Shown piece by piece: positions 1 to 12,385 of a stretch of 64,000 nt of DNA. This DNA is from Octopus vulgaris. Lineage: Eukaryota. Both the position numbers and the translations under genes were made by a program. The notes below the pieces were generated by a model, which did not search any database, was not told where the DNA came from, and saw nothing but the letters and a program-made list of their open reading frames with translations. The number at the start of each line of letters is the position of its first letter. Within the stretch, counting starts at the first letter, position 1. The DNA is taken from positions 74,152,001 to 74,216,000 of the forward strand of contig OX597823.1 of the NCBI GenBank assembly GCA_951406725.2, written 5' to 3'.

Positions 1-287
1 TGAGTATGCATGCGTAATATATATATATATTAATAAATAAAATAAAACATATGCATATATATGAACATATATGTACGTACCTACCTCTACATGTACATAT
101 ACACGCATATATGAGTACAGGACACCAAAAGGACGTCGAACACAATGAGAAACGAAGACATAGACACAAACCAAAGGAACTGGACATTTATTTAAAAACA
201 GCAAAAAAAATAGAGTACAGGACAATTAACACAAAGAAAAAACCCCTTCTTCAGTCGCTAAAGGTTTCATCTACTCTAAGTTTCGAA

Positions 288-327
<40 letters not shown>

Positions 328-1358
328 TAGCTAGTGTACCAGGTAACTCGCGGAGGTAAAGATATTCTATTGAAACGCCTTATTATTCTGATATAAGAAA
401 GTAATTTCGTTATAACTGCCACAAAGGGTGTAATTTCCGTCACGAAACAGTACAAAAAAAACACGTTTAGCTGGAGGAGGGAGAGACTGTTAGAGGTTGG
501 CGAGAGAGGTTTTCGGAGGTCGGTGAGAAAGATTGTTGGATGTTGGTGAGAGAGTTTGTCGGAGGCTGGCGAGAGGCAAAGACATTATTCTGCTTAGCGA
601 AGGCATATGGGAAACGTATAACTGCTGTCATTCACAGAAAATCTAATTTTTTACCGTGAGAAAAGTGCTGTTGAAGTGTTGTGAAATTTGGCAATCGAGG
701 GTCGAATCCACGCAATGCCTGCATTAAACCACTACAAATACGTCGTGGAATAAACATTTATCTACTGTTATGGAAAATATGTAATTGTAAAAATGAGGTA
801 TTATCGGAGAAACGGGCATTCAATAAAGTATGTATGTATAGAAATGTATGAATGAAGTCATTAAGGTGTAAGATTGAAATTAAGGAAGTGCAATAATAAT
901 GTTTAGCAGTTCAAAAAAGTGAGTAGTGAAATGCAGAATTAGGTCGAGCTCAACAAAAATATTTAGCGGCATTTAATTTGGCTTAATCTTTTTTGAGTTC
1001 AAATCCCGCCGGAGTCGACATTGCCTTTTTATGTGATTGATGTAAACGTAACCCCTTTCCCTGAAACTGCTGGCCTTATATCAACATTTGAAAACCAATA
1101 TATTTTTACAGTAGTTACTGATATTCATGTTATATTGTAAGTTTTGTTTCTTTGCGTTGTTATTGCTGTAGTTTTGGGAAAATTAAAGCTCTTTCAGTTC
1201 AAGTAAAAAAAAAACAAACAAACAACAAAGAAAGAAAAAAACACTCGTCAATTACACACAGTCCCTCTAAAGCGGACATCAATAAATTCTACCCTTTTCC
1301 ATAGAAAGGGATTTTAAGTCTTAAGAAAGAGACAGTCTTCTCAATACTGGGGATGTTT

Positions 1359-1572
1359 AAGGCGGCGGACTGGCAGAATAGTTAGCAAGCCAGGCAAAAT
1401 ACTTAACGGCATTCCGTCCTTGTTTACGTTCTCAGTTCACATTCTGCCGAGGTCGACTTCACTTTTCATCCCTTCGAGGTCGATAAAATAAGTACCGGTT
1501 GAGTACTGGGGTCGTTAACATCGATCTTCTTCCTCTCCAGAAATTGCTGGCTTTGTGACAAAGATTGAAATT
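1359..1572 (+). mobile_element. tRNA-derived SINE, family A (head AAGGCGGCGAGCTGGCAGAA), diverged copy
   Basis: aaggcggcggactggcagaata..., B-box-like cagttcacattc, body gaggtcgacttcacttttcatcccttcgaggtcgataaaataagtacc shared with many copies in the window. Confidence 0.8.
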
Positions 1573-2178
1573 TTCATTGGAGATATTAAATGCATTACTA
1601 CCTAGGAGAGTGTATAGTTTATTTTGCATATTCTACCATCAATAAACAGGTAGGGGAGGTTTTAGGTGTTTAGCGTCAGCGACCTTGAATATCAGTAACA
1701 GTCTCACTGGATTTACATGATACGTACTATAACAAATCTATCCATTTTCGATGGAGGCATAAAAAGAAAGGAGAGAAGTCATAACAGCAGTATGTATTGA
1801 GAAATGTGTAAATAGTCTTGATAGATTACTGGGTGACGTCTAAGAGAAATCACATTATTGTTGGGGATACAACATTCTATTGCAGCTATATGACGTGTGT
1901 TTGCGGCTAAGTAACATGTGATGACAATTCACTCCTGAACAGAAATATGGGTTCCCAGCCTCTGTATCATGAATGGTTATGTGGACCACTCCTAATGAAA
2001 GCCAGAGTTTCCTTCGACCATTACATAAAAATAAAAAAAAAATAAATGGTATTTAGATATACTTTTATTTTAGTTGTTTACACTATTTTACGCTTATTTA
2101 TACTCTTTATACATTCAAAGTTCACAAATTTCCTTATTTGAATTTTGAATCATATTCCTTTCGATAACATCAATTTGA

Positions 2179-2355
2179 TTACAAAACTTCTTTGTAGACG
2201 ATATTTTCTGTTTGGTCGACACTAATTTCTAAATTACTGGAGTTCGTTATTCTACTCATAGTGACGTATAACTGGCCGTGTGTAAACATCGGAGTGGATA
2301 AAAATACACTAACAAGATCTAAAGTCTGGCCTTGTGCCTTGTTTGTTGTGAATGC
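2179..2355 (-). pseudogene. Helitron (Pif1-like) helicase C-terminal fragment
   Basis: Manual translation AFTTNKAQGQTLDLVSVFLSTPMFTHGQLYVTMSRITNSSNLEISVDQTENIVYKEVL* matches Pif1/Helitron motifs V-VI (TINKSQGQTL, HGQLYVAxSR) and the usual TxNxVYxEV end. Confidence 0.85.
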
Positions 2356-2720
2356 TCAAGCGGAATCTTTTGGGTTGCAAAAAATCAAGCTAAGACTTAC
2401 CTCTCACTGTTCTATGCAAATGATGTCTGGATGTTCTGGAACCATGGGTTATTTTAATTGCCAAAACTGAGATGTAAAAAAACAGCCGCTTCGATTAACC
2501 GTTTCGAATCCTGCTCGAGACTGGCACACTTCATTAACCACCAAATAATCACACACACATTATATACTGACACACACTTTTTCCCATTTTATTTCCACAC
2601 TAACCGTCCTAGCAACCCCCTTCGTATCTACTATGGGGCCACGAATTATGCCATGAAAATCTTGAGTTTCTCTCGAGGTCAGTGAATTCTTAATAAAAAG
2701 TGCGAAGGTGGTTTGTCAAT

Positions 2721-3124
2721 TCAAAAATCTATATTCACGAAACAATCATACTTTCTGATTTATTTTTAATGCTATGAACGTCTTTGTAATCCCGAAAAAC
2801 ATCGTAACCATTGGTCCAGCCGTGAAGAGGGAACAGACAAAGAGACGGACATAACGCCCATAATAGTAAGATAGCAAATCTGCCCATCTACGACGGGAAA
2901 TAAAGAGATAGTATCGCAAATCTAAACCCTCTAAATCCTCTAAATAAGAATTCATAGGTTGATTTACTAATACAAAACTCAATATCCACTAAATAATCAT
3001 ACTTTTTCACATATTTTCGCTAAAAATCTTCGTAATCCCGAAAAACATCGGGACCAGTCGTCCAGTCATTTGACCGTGAAAGAGGAACAGACAGACGGAC
3101 ATAATGCCCGTTATAGTAAGATAA
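2721..3124. repeat. Diverged direct duplication (~150 bp, 2721-2874 and 2973-3124), probably termini of a non-autonomous Helitron-like element
   Basis: Both copies contain gtaatcccgaaaaacatcg...gaacagac...agacggacataa.gccc.t.atagtaagata; they lie beside the Helitron helicase relic. Confidence 0.6.
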
Positions 3125-3185
3125 TGCCAAGCAATGGAATAGAACTCGGAACCACGTAATTGTGAAACGAACTCTACTGTAAAGA

Positions 3186-3640
3186 TATTGATTTTTAGAT
3201 TTTGGCACAAGGCCAAAACTTTTGGGGTAGGTAGGTACTAGTACATTGATCTCTAGAGTCAAGTACATTGATCTCTAGAGTCCAACTGGCCCTTATTTCA
3301 TCAAAGGCATCCACGGCGGAATTTGAACTCAGAACGTAAAGATGGACCATATACTTATTAGCATATTGCCTGGCATGCTAACTATTCTTCCCGCTCGCCG
3401 CCTCATACAGTAAAGATAGTGATTTCAAATTTTGGCACAAGGCCAGCAAGTTCGCCGGGTGGGTAAGTCGATTGCATGGACGCCAATGTTTAAATTGGTA
3501 TGTATTTTATCGACCCCGAAAGCATAAAAGGCAAAGACAAAGTCAACCTCGACGGGATTGGAACTCAGAGCATAGAGACAGACGAAATACCACTAAGCAT
3601 TTCGCCCGGCGTGCTAGCGATTCTGCCAGCTCTCCGTCTT
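3186..3640 (-). mobile_element. Two tandem family-A SINE copies (about 3186-3405 and 3417-3640)
   Basis: Each has gaactcag (B-box, reverse) and ends in ...ctcgccgcct or cagctctccgtct; both tails read ttttggcacaaggcca. Confidence 0.8.
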
Positions 3641-4829
3641 ATACACTAAAGATATTGACAAATGAATATAGTGTGTGGCTCTCATTCGTAAGATGCTATG
3701 ACGCTATCAAACTGAGCGGTCTCTATGCGCAGAGAAAAAATAACGTTTGTTTGATTTACAAATTTTTGCTTCAGGAAAAACTACCTATTCTCAAGAAAAA
3801 AAAATTGAATCCATATACAGAATTGGATCTTATTTGTAAAGGATAAGTGAGAACGTTATTGGTTGTTTTAAACGAAATGTTACATTACGAAGAAATAGAT
3901 AAATAAACATGATTTTAGGAATAGATTGAAAACAAGAATGGTATTGGAAAGAAAATATATAAAAAATGGGATGAGCTTCGATTTATTTTAGTTTTTGAAT
4001 GAGTTGCATGATTGAAAAGATATCGTTTGAATGCATGGAGATTTTGTTTTGGAGAATGAATAGGAGGAAACCGAGTTTAAATAGCGAAATGCTAAGGGCA
4101 CTTATTGCCAAGAGAATATTGATTTACAAGTTGTATGAATAAAGGCTGAAAGCTAAAGAAGTTTGAAACCCCTTCTTCATAAAACGGAAAAATAAACAAA
4201 CAAAACAAAGACAAACATGCAATAAACAAGAGCAAAACAACAACAAAAAAATGTCGAGCAACGGAATGCAAACAACTCCTTCCTCCGATAAACGGAAGAA
4301 AACAAATAGAAAAATATCGGCAAAAATCAAGTAGATCAGATTGATAATTTTATAATATATAACTGGGAATTGTGGTGGGGGAAAAAAACCATTCGATTTA
4401 TCAATGTGATATTGGCTTCCTAGTTATGTTATTTTAGTTATGGATTTTATAAACTATGGCAGATGACACTGAAGAGTATTTTAATATCTCTCCAAGTAAG
4501 CACAGAACGCTGCTAGACGAATCAATAGCGTACCAGGAACCTATTATGAGGGTTGTAAGTTCACATACTATGAATGCATTCTTGAAGAAAATACTTACTT
4601 AGCTTGTGGGGGATGGGTTTATATATATATGTATATATATGTATATGTGTATACACACATATATAAAACTCTTGTTTCAGTCATTAGACTGCCATGCTGG
4701 GGGTAGCGCATTGAAGAATGTTGATCGAATAAATCCACTTGACAGCTTATTTTTCAAGTGATAGTGTCGCACAAACACAGACACAAACTCACACACTGAT
4801 ATATATATCAGTTTCTCTGTACGAAACTG

Positions 4830-5406
4830 AAAGAAGGGCAAGTGTCTTCTACTATAGCCTAGGGCTGACCGAAGCCTAGTGAGTGGATCTGATAGACAGA
4901 AACTAAAAGAAACCCGTCGTATATGTATAGAAATCCCTTAACAGGTGTTACGTTCCAAAATCCGACGCGATAGGAGAAAATCCTTGAAGTAGAAACAATA
5001 CTGTTCTGTACATTTAAAAAAATTATTTTTATAATAAGTATATATTTATTTTATTATAAATGCAAAACACCACTACACACTTGCCTCCCGAGTTTACTTC
5101 TCCATACAGTATGTACAATTCTTTGTTTACTCATCTACGATGCACTACTTATTTTCTTTTGATATATTTTAATTAATGTGTTATACAGTGCTATACTGTA
5201 CTGTATTCTTATTTACCAATTTATTAATTTTGGGGCGTGAAAATGCTTATTTTACCACACAAATAATTAAAATCTAAAAAAAATCTAAATACTTATCGGC
5301 AGCAGAAACCTGCGATATAAATTTACATATATTAGCCAGAAAAATTCACGATATACTGAAGAAGCGATAGGTGAACTGCGATATGGCGAGTGATTACTCT
5401 ATGTAT

Positions 5407-5486
<80 letters not shown>

Positions 5487-5710
5487 CAATGTGTGTGCGT
5501 CCTTGTGTCTGTGTTTGCCTTCCACAACCACTTGACAATCGGTGTTGGTGTGTTTACGTCCCCGTAACTTAGTAGTTCGGCAAAAAGGCCGTTAGAATAA
5601 GTACCAGACTTTAAAAAAACGCACTAGTATCGATTTATTCGACTAAAATTCTTCAAGGCGTTGCCTCAGTATGACGTCCGTCTAATAACTGCAACAATTA
5701 AGGATGAAAG
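4830..5710 (+). mobile_element. Family-B SINE interrupted by a pogo/Tigger-like non-autonomous element (about 4925-5401)
   Basis: gggcaagtgtcttctactatagcc...gaaacccgtcgtata (4836-4923) continues at 5490 with gtgtttacgtccccgtaacttag..., as in the intact copy at 59027; the intervening part ends in gcgatatggcgagtgattactcta, resembling a Tigger-type TIR. Confidence 0.55.
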
Positions 5711-5870
5711 ATATAGGATCATTTCAGCCAGGAAAAAACACAAAATCTTATAACAAAAATGAACTTACCTCAGCTGGCGAAAATATTATCCTAATTAGTA
5801 TCATGCATTTTAATTTGCTTTGTTCATTTAATTGAATTGGTCTCCTTTTCTAAGCTCTAATACCAAATAC

Positions 5871-6104
5871 ATATTTCTTTACTACCCACAAGGGGCTAAA
5901 CACAGAGGGGACAAACAAGGACAGACAAACGGATCAAGTCGATTACATCGACACCAGTGTGTAACTGGTACTTAATTTATCGACCCCGAAAGGATGAAAA
6001 GCAAAGTCGACCTCGGCGGAATTTGAACTCAGAACGTAACGGCAGACGAAATACGGCTACGCATTTTGCCCGGTGTGCTAACGTTTCTGCCAGCTCGCCG
6101 CCTT
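5871..6104 (-). mobile_element. Intact family-A SINE with 15-bp TSD
   Basis: TSD tctaataccaaatac at 5856-5870 and 6105-6119; A-box-like AGCTGGCAGAA and B-box GAGTTCAAATTC on the minus strand. Confidence 0.92.
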
Positions 6105-6879
6105 TCTAATACCAAATACCGCCAAGTTTACTCCTGATCTCAATAACTATTAATAACATAGAAACGAACAATATACTAGAGTTAGCTCAATTGATTTCAT
6201 TACCCTTGTGGCAAGTGTTGATCTTGTGGCTAGTCAAAAATAAATCAATATCTATAATTTTTATCTACATTAAAACCCATTAAGCTAAAAGGTAAGCACT
6301 TGGCTAACCGAGTCTGCGATCCGCCTTCAATTTTACTTAAAATAATCTCATACGCTGCGCCACTAATACACTTGATAAAGACATGAATGTGATATTCCAA
6401 TCCAGTCTGCTACAAACGTGTAATGCCGTGGTCTAGGTGAGAAATAATATTTTAAACTCATTTGATGATGTGTTCGTCTGTTATATCTAAAATGCACCGG
6501 AATGGAAAAATAAACATCGAACTTTTTATCTTTAGTTTTAATGCATTAAACAATTCGTTTTATCGTGTTTGAGGCCTTTATCTTTAACGCATTTCTATGA
6601 TTTATATATTGACTTATTTGACTAGCTGCTCTTCATTAGATTCCAATTAATTATAAAGAGTTCGTGATTAGCGATATCATTGGTATTATATAAAGCGTAG
6701 CTTGCTGTCTTTAAAAATTCCTAATTATAAATAGCGGAATACATGATTTCATTTCAATAGCGAAAGTGAGTGTCTTATTATATTTAAACATTCAATCATA
6801 GAATCATCTCTTAGATGTGTATTTAATCACACATGTTTGCTTTCTACCCAGTATCTCTCTCTACACTTCCCCACTCTCT

Positions 6880-6889
6880 CTGTGTATAT

Positions 6890-6926
<37 letters not shown>

Positions 6927-7145
6927 TACACACACACAGACATATAAATATATGTATACAAAATATGAACATATATATATGTATTTGCATTTACATATGC
7001 ACATATATATGCATGAATATGTACATATGCATATATATATATATATATATCTATATATATGTACACATATATATACGTATGCATATATATATATATACAC
7101 ATATATATATATATATATGTATGTATATATATATACATATATATG

Positions 7146-7180
<35 letters not shown>

Positions 7181-7199
7181 CATATTATATATGTACATA

Positions 7200-7230
<31 letters not shown>

Positions 7231-7470
7231 GCACAAATATGTGCATATGTACATATATATATCATATGTGCATATACTTACATTTATATATATAATGTAT
7301 GTACGAATGCATATACAGGTATGTCTAAGTACATATGCGTGTATGTATATACATACATACACACACACATATATATATATATATGCAGATACATATTTAT
7401 ACACGCATACATACGTACATACACTCACACTTACACACACATACATACACACATAAGCATGAGTATATGT
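6880..7470. repeat. Long degenerate (TA)/(CA) low-complexity tract
   Basis: About 600 bp of alternating purine/pyrimidine sequence; source of many spurious YI/HT ORFs. Confidence 0.95.
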
Positions 7471-7669
7471 TAATGAAACTAGCACGAGAAATTAGATATT
7501 AGTAAGTGCTGTCAGTAAAATGTATTTGAACAACATAAGTGAATAAAGATATATTAAATAATATACATAAATAAATTCTTTCAGTTCTATATTTAAGAGA
7601 TGTGGAATTATGAACACTATTTGCATTATTTACATTTGACGGATATTTGTCCTCATCTTGTTTGTTGTT

Positions 7670-7715
7670 AACACAATTTTTCGGCTGATATACCCTCCAG
7701 CCTTCATCAGGTGTC
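7670..7715 (-). ncRNA. Minimal type I hammerhead ribozyme motif
   Basis: gacac-CTGATGA-a-ggctg(gagggtatat)cagcc-GAAA-aatt-gtgtt: stems I and II pair and core boxes are intact. Confidence 0.7.
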
Positions 7716-7762
7716 TTGGGGAAATTTCGAACCTGGGTTCTCATTCCTCAGGTATTTTTCAA

Positions 7763-7804
<42 letters not shown>

Positions 7805-7967
7805 TATTCAGGTAACTGCCTGGAATCGAACTCAGAATCTTGGGGTTAGTAGCCCGCGGTCTTAACCACTACGCCATATGCCCGCAATATGCTCACGGGC
7901 ATATGGCGTAGTGGTTAAGTGCGCGGACTACTAACCCCAAGATTACGAGTTCGATTCCGGGCAGTTA

Positions 7968-8036
<69 letters not shown>

Positions 8037-8091
8037 TAATAACATCGAAAAATATCTGAGGAATGAGAACCCAGGTTCGAAATTTCTCCAA

Positions 8092-8137
8092 GACCCTTGA
8101 TGAAGGCCGGAGAGTATATCAGCCGAAACGTTGTGTT
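8092..8137 (+). ncRNA. Minimal hammerhead motif, second arm (first core base C>T)
   Basis: gaccc-TTGATGA-a-ggccg...cagcc-GAAACGTT-gtgtt. Confidence 0.62.
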
Positions 8138-8459
8138 AACAACAAGCAAGATGAGGACAAATATCCGTCGAATGTAAATAAATTCTTTATTTAGTAGAAT
8201 TATCTCTGATTCCAGAAAGTAGGCTAATCAATTAGTTGAAACTAATACTAACCCCAGATGAGAAGGGGAGATAATGTCAGGAATTAAAATACCTCCAAAA
8301 ACTGACATACTATTAAGGAAAAGAATTACTGATTGTTTGAAGCTAAGGGGACAGTTGTGAACGTCTGCTCCACACACCTACCTAAATGCATCGTAATTAA
8401 CACGCACACATGGTGGATATTCCCTATCTTCTTTACTTTGATTTGTGAATCATTAAACT

Positions 8460-8850
8460 ATTTACTCTTTTACTGGTTTCAGTCATATGACTGTGGCCAC
8501 GCTGGAGCACCGACTTTAGTCGAGCAAATCGACCCCAGGATTTATTCTTTGTAAGCCTAGTACGTATTCTATCGGTCCCTTTTGCCGAACCGCTAAGTTA
8601 CGGGGACGTAAACACACCAGCATCGGTTGGGGGGACAAACACAGACACACAAACATACATACATACACACATATATACATATATACGATGGGCTTCTTTC
8701 AGTTTCCATTTACCAAATCCGCTCACAAGGCTTTGGTCGGCCCGAGGCTATAGTTGAAGACAACTGCCCAAGGTCCCACGCAGTGGGACTGAACTCGGAA
8801 CCATGTGGTTGTTAAGCAAGCTATTTACCACACAGCTACCCCTACGCCTA
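8460..8850 (-). mobile_element. Full-length family-B tRNA-derived SINE with internal microsatellite
   Basis: Minus head gtagctgtgtggtaaatagcttgc...gagttcagtcccactgcgtgg; tail ccagcgtggccacagtcatatgactgaaacc; colinear with 59027-59484. Confidence 0.9.
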
Positions 8851-9384
8851 CAAACTTCTACAAACTATAGATATATTCAGTGAAAAACTTCACAGAATTT
8901 ATGTGAAATGAAACTCGTACACTTATACTGCATGACACAAAAATAACGCAGTAACTTACGGAAGGAAACAATTCGTGATGAATACTGAAAATGAACGAAG
9001 ATTTTTTGCATGTAAAATTCACGTAAGCATATATAAACGCCTACATGTATACCTACATAATACACACATACATACACACAGACTCACTCACTCACTCATT
9101 CACTCACTCAATCTCATATACAAAAATTATCAGACATGACTATTGCTCGAGTGTAATCTTTTTTAGGAAAGATATTTTATATTTCTTTATGAATATTTTT
9201 TTAGTTTGTCATAGTGTTTCTTAATCCATTAATCCATTAACGTTTCAAAACATTCCCGCTAGATCATCAGCATGAAATGATAGAAATTATGGTGTGTTTT
9301 CCGCGCGCTTTGCAGTAGGTCTCAAAGGATCACGAATATAGTGTTATAAATAATAATATCTAAACAAATATTTATGTTACGTAT

Positions 9385-9773
9385 CGAGAGTTGCACAAAT
9401 GCCAGAACTGGGCGCCACTGCGTGGTGCCAAGGACTCCAAATTTGCCATCAAGATGTAGGACAAGATACTGTGATAGCCTGGGCTTCCGAGGCCCACAGC
9501 TCTTCAATATCCTCCCGAAGAACCTAAGAGACCTGCATGGGGTGGATGCAGATGTCTTTAAAATGAAACTGGATCTCTTCTTGTCAGGTATCCCAGATGA
9601 ACCAACTTCACGGCAGGAGGTGCAGATGAGGGCAGCTGCATCGAACTCTCTCATACACCAAATGGCAGTTGCTAAAAAGCATTCGTGAAGTAAAACCATG
9701 TAGCAACACCAAATGGCGGTGCCCCAGCATGGCCACAGCTCGTGAGCTGAAACTAGATTCAATCAATCAATCA
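9385..9773 (+). mobile_element. 5'-truncated CR1/L2-group LINE: ORF2 C-terminus, 3' UTR and (TCAA)n tail
   Basis: GPQLFNILPKNLRD...FKMKLDLFLSGIPDEP is typical of CR1-group ORF2 ends; GC-rich island ending in ttcaatcaatcaatca. Confidence 0.8.
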
Positions 9774-9938
9774 TACCTTTATGCTTATTTTTTGGTTTAT
9801 ATTATGGCTTTAGTAAAGAATCTGTATTTATCTTTTCTAGTTTTAGTGGAATTCTATATATAAAATTGTAGTGCTGTGTCCGGTTTAAAAGTTTCGGTCA
9901 TATAGCGTACAACTTTAATGCTTACTATTATATTGGTT

Positions 9939-10152
9939 TCAAATTTTGGCGCAACGCAACTAAAATTTGGCGGTGGGGCTAGTCGATTATATTGATCCCA
10001 GTGATTAACTGGTATGATTTTTATCGACGCCAAAGGATGAAAGGCAAATTCGATCTCGGCGGAGTTTGAACTCAGAACATAAAGACGGACGAAATGCCGC
10101 TAAGCATTTTTTTAGGCGTGCTAACGATTCTGCCAGCTCGCCGCCTTCACGT
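9939..10152 (-). mobile_element. Family-A SINE with TSD
   Basis: Flanking ttactattatattggtt at 9922-9938 and 10153-10169; head ...ctgccagctcgccgcctt. Confidence 0.88.
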
Positions 10153-12169
10153 TTACTATTATATTGGTTGTTATATTGGTTATATCTGTTGCTATTTTTG
10201 AGCTTTATGTTGCTTAGAATGTTTTTCATTCTGGCGTTTTGGTATTGTTTTACTATGTTCCACACTATACACAACATGCATACTGAGAACATATTAATTA
10301 CGACGGAGATGCACAAACATGCGAAAATGATTTTATTATAATTGAAAGCCCCAAACAAGGTGAAAAGTCACTTAATGTGAGGGACTATGAAGAAGAAATT
10401 AAGACGAAAGGAATGGATTTACTTTAGACTTGAAAGAGTTCAAGTAATTTCGAAAATAATTCTATGCTTACATTTATAATAGAGCATCCCTTTAGCTTTA
10501 ATTCAGACCATAAAAGATCTCGATTCTTAGATATGAATAGAGGAATAAAGAATGCCACAAAGAACGCCACAGCATATAGAAAATGTGCAAAGATAGAAAA
10601 AACACTTATACGTGTTATATTTACTGTTGAGTTCATGTGATGTTCTTAATTATTCATTACTCATTGACACGTAATGTTTGAATGTTTCCCCACCGCACTG
10701 GCAGGTCATTGGATTGAGCTTATTCTAGTTCCTCCATCCTTTCGTCTAACAAAAATCTTTTCACTGTCACTGTTAACGTGGAATTTTCGAGGGGTGCTGA
10801 ATATCTTCTTAGTTTTATATTCAACTTTCAGATTTCCTCGTATGTCCAATGTATCCCAAATATTGGTAATGGCACTAATACTTTAAAGCATTATGGAATA
10901 TTGATTTATGGAATGTAGATAACTCTGATATCCAATGTTTTAGGTGGGTAGGTGAAATAAGCAATCCATTTTTGTAATGTGTTAACATTTCGATCGGTCT
11001 CTCATACTACCATTTGGTGGCAAATGATAATCACAATACAATAAAGCTGTACATTCAATGTATAAAAAAAACTGGAAGATACCGTTTGAATTAGGCGTTC
11101 TTTATCATCGAGGCAGTAAGTTTTCTAACGATTCCTACTATAAACAGTATTTCATTTAATGATTTATTGATGCAAATAAAGCAGTTCACCTTAAATTTAT
11201 CTACAAGCTGCTTTTCGATTTGTTAGAATTCTTCAATCATTTATAAATAGCTTGTACGCAAGTCCCTATAATGGCGGCAGTCATATCTCTGTGTTATTGC
11301 TATTATTGTTGCTTTGGTCGTTCTTTATCTTTTCTAACAATTTATTGATAGCATATCTACTGGTCCGTTGTTTCTGTTATTTGCTATGAATTTCTGAGAG
11401 CTGCTTTGCAGCATATTTCCTCTCAGCAAACATAGCCTGCTACCGCAATAGCAAGTTACTGAAATATGAGTAGTTGCGATATTTAACATCTCAGTTGCTT
11501 TACATCTTCACATAACCGAAGGCTTTTCATTTTGTTTTTGCTTTGTATCATTAAAACGTCTTGAATCAGTTAAATCGAGTCCATTGCAAATTCTTTTGAG
11601 AGCTCCGTGACCTGCGATAGCCAACTTTTATTGCTGGCTAGCCGCATCGTATCTTATTTATCAGTTTAATAACTCTGGTTTCGCATCTGAAGAAGATAAC
11701 TATTTGTAATTACATTTCACTGTCTCTAAACAAGATGACCATTATTTTTACGAGGATAGAATTAAAAGCTTTAGGGAGAGAGTTCATTACACGAAATAAT
11801 TTATAGTCTCTCGCAGCACTATGACTGACTTAATACCAAGTTGGTTATGTATGTATGTATGTATGTATGTATGTCCTGGGTATGACATTAAACTGCATTC
11901 GGTGGCGAGGCTCCAGTTTGGGAGTTCTGGCATTATTGAAAAGCGTGGAGTTACCCTTTATTACATTTACTCCTATACGCCACAGAAACTGGGAAAACCG
12001 GGTCCATGAGCCTGGCTAGGCTTGAAAAGGACGTAGAAATAATAAAATAATGATATACTAAAATAACAATAATCTAGGACAATTATAATTCCCTATCCTA
12101 AAAACAGTCTCAAAACTTCTGGAATAGACTTCTTAGTTCACTAACCTTAGTGCGTGAAGGTGGGTAGAA

Positions 12170-12385
12170 AATATGATAAAAAGGAGAAAAGGAGGAAAAA
12201 AGGAGGGAAGAAAGGAAGAGGAAAAAGTTAAAAAAGAGGAAAATGGAGGAAAAGTATGAAAAGTAAGAGGGGTGAAAGAAAGAGAAAAAGGGAAATAAAA
12301 GGAGAAAAGGAAAATAGAAAAAGGAAAGAAATACAAAAAAACAAAAAAACAAAAAGAGAAAAGAGAAAACGGAAAGGGAACAAGT
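12170..12385 (+). repeat. Homopurine A/G-rich low-complexity tract
   Basis: About 200 bp almost entirely A and G on the plus strand. Confidence 0.85.

Larger units (their letters stand above)
7582..8174. mobile_element. Head-to-head inverted pair of a tRNA-head/(AAT)n/hammerhead element with 14-bp TSD
   Basis: Arms 7627-7884 and 7896-8180 are reverse complements around an 11-bp spacer; A box TGGCGTAGTGG and B box GAGTTCGATTCC; flanking direct repeat taaataaattcttt at 7568-7581 and 8175-8188. Confidence 0.88.

Noticed and set aside
240-290. CTGAAGAAGGGG and GAAAC on the minus strand as a hammerhead
   Set aside because: The boxes are not arranged around a stem II; at most a truncated relic.
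3241-3282. 22-bp-period tandem duplication (gtacattgatctctagagtc x2) as a CRISPR-like repeat
   Set aside because: Only two adjacent copies inside a SINE; there is no repeat-spacer array or prokaryotic sequence anywhere in the window.
5762-5800. Strong minus-strand donor AG/GTAAGT as the next exon
   Set aside because: No polypyrimidine acceptor or credible open frame upstream.
6817-7485. Long ORFs rich in Y/I/H/T/C/V (also near 13300, 18800, 32250 and 63325)
   Set aside because: They are translations of microsatellites that lack stop codons.
7896-7970. tRNA gene
   Set aside because: A and B boxes are present but there is no convincing acceptor stem; it is a mobile element head. The same applies to the heads at 17480, 31284, 48284 and 59027.
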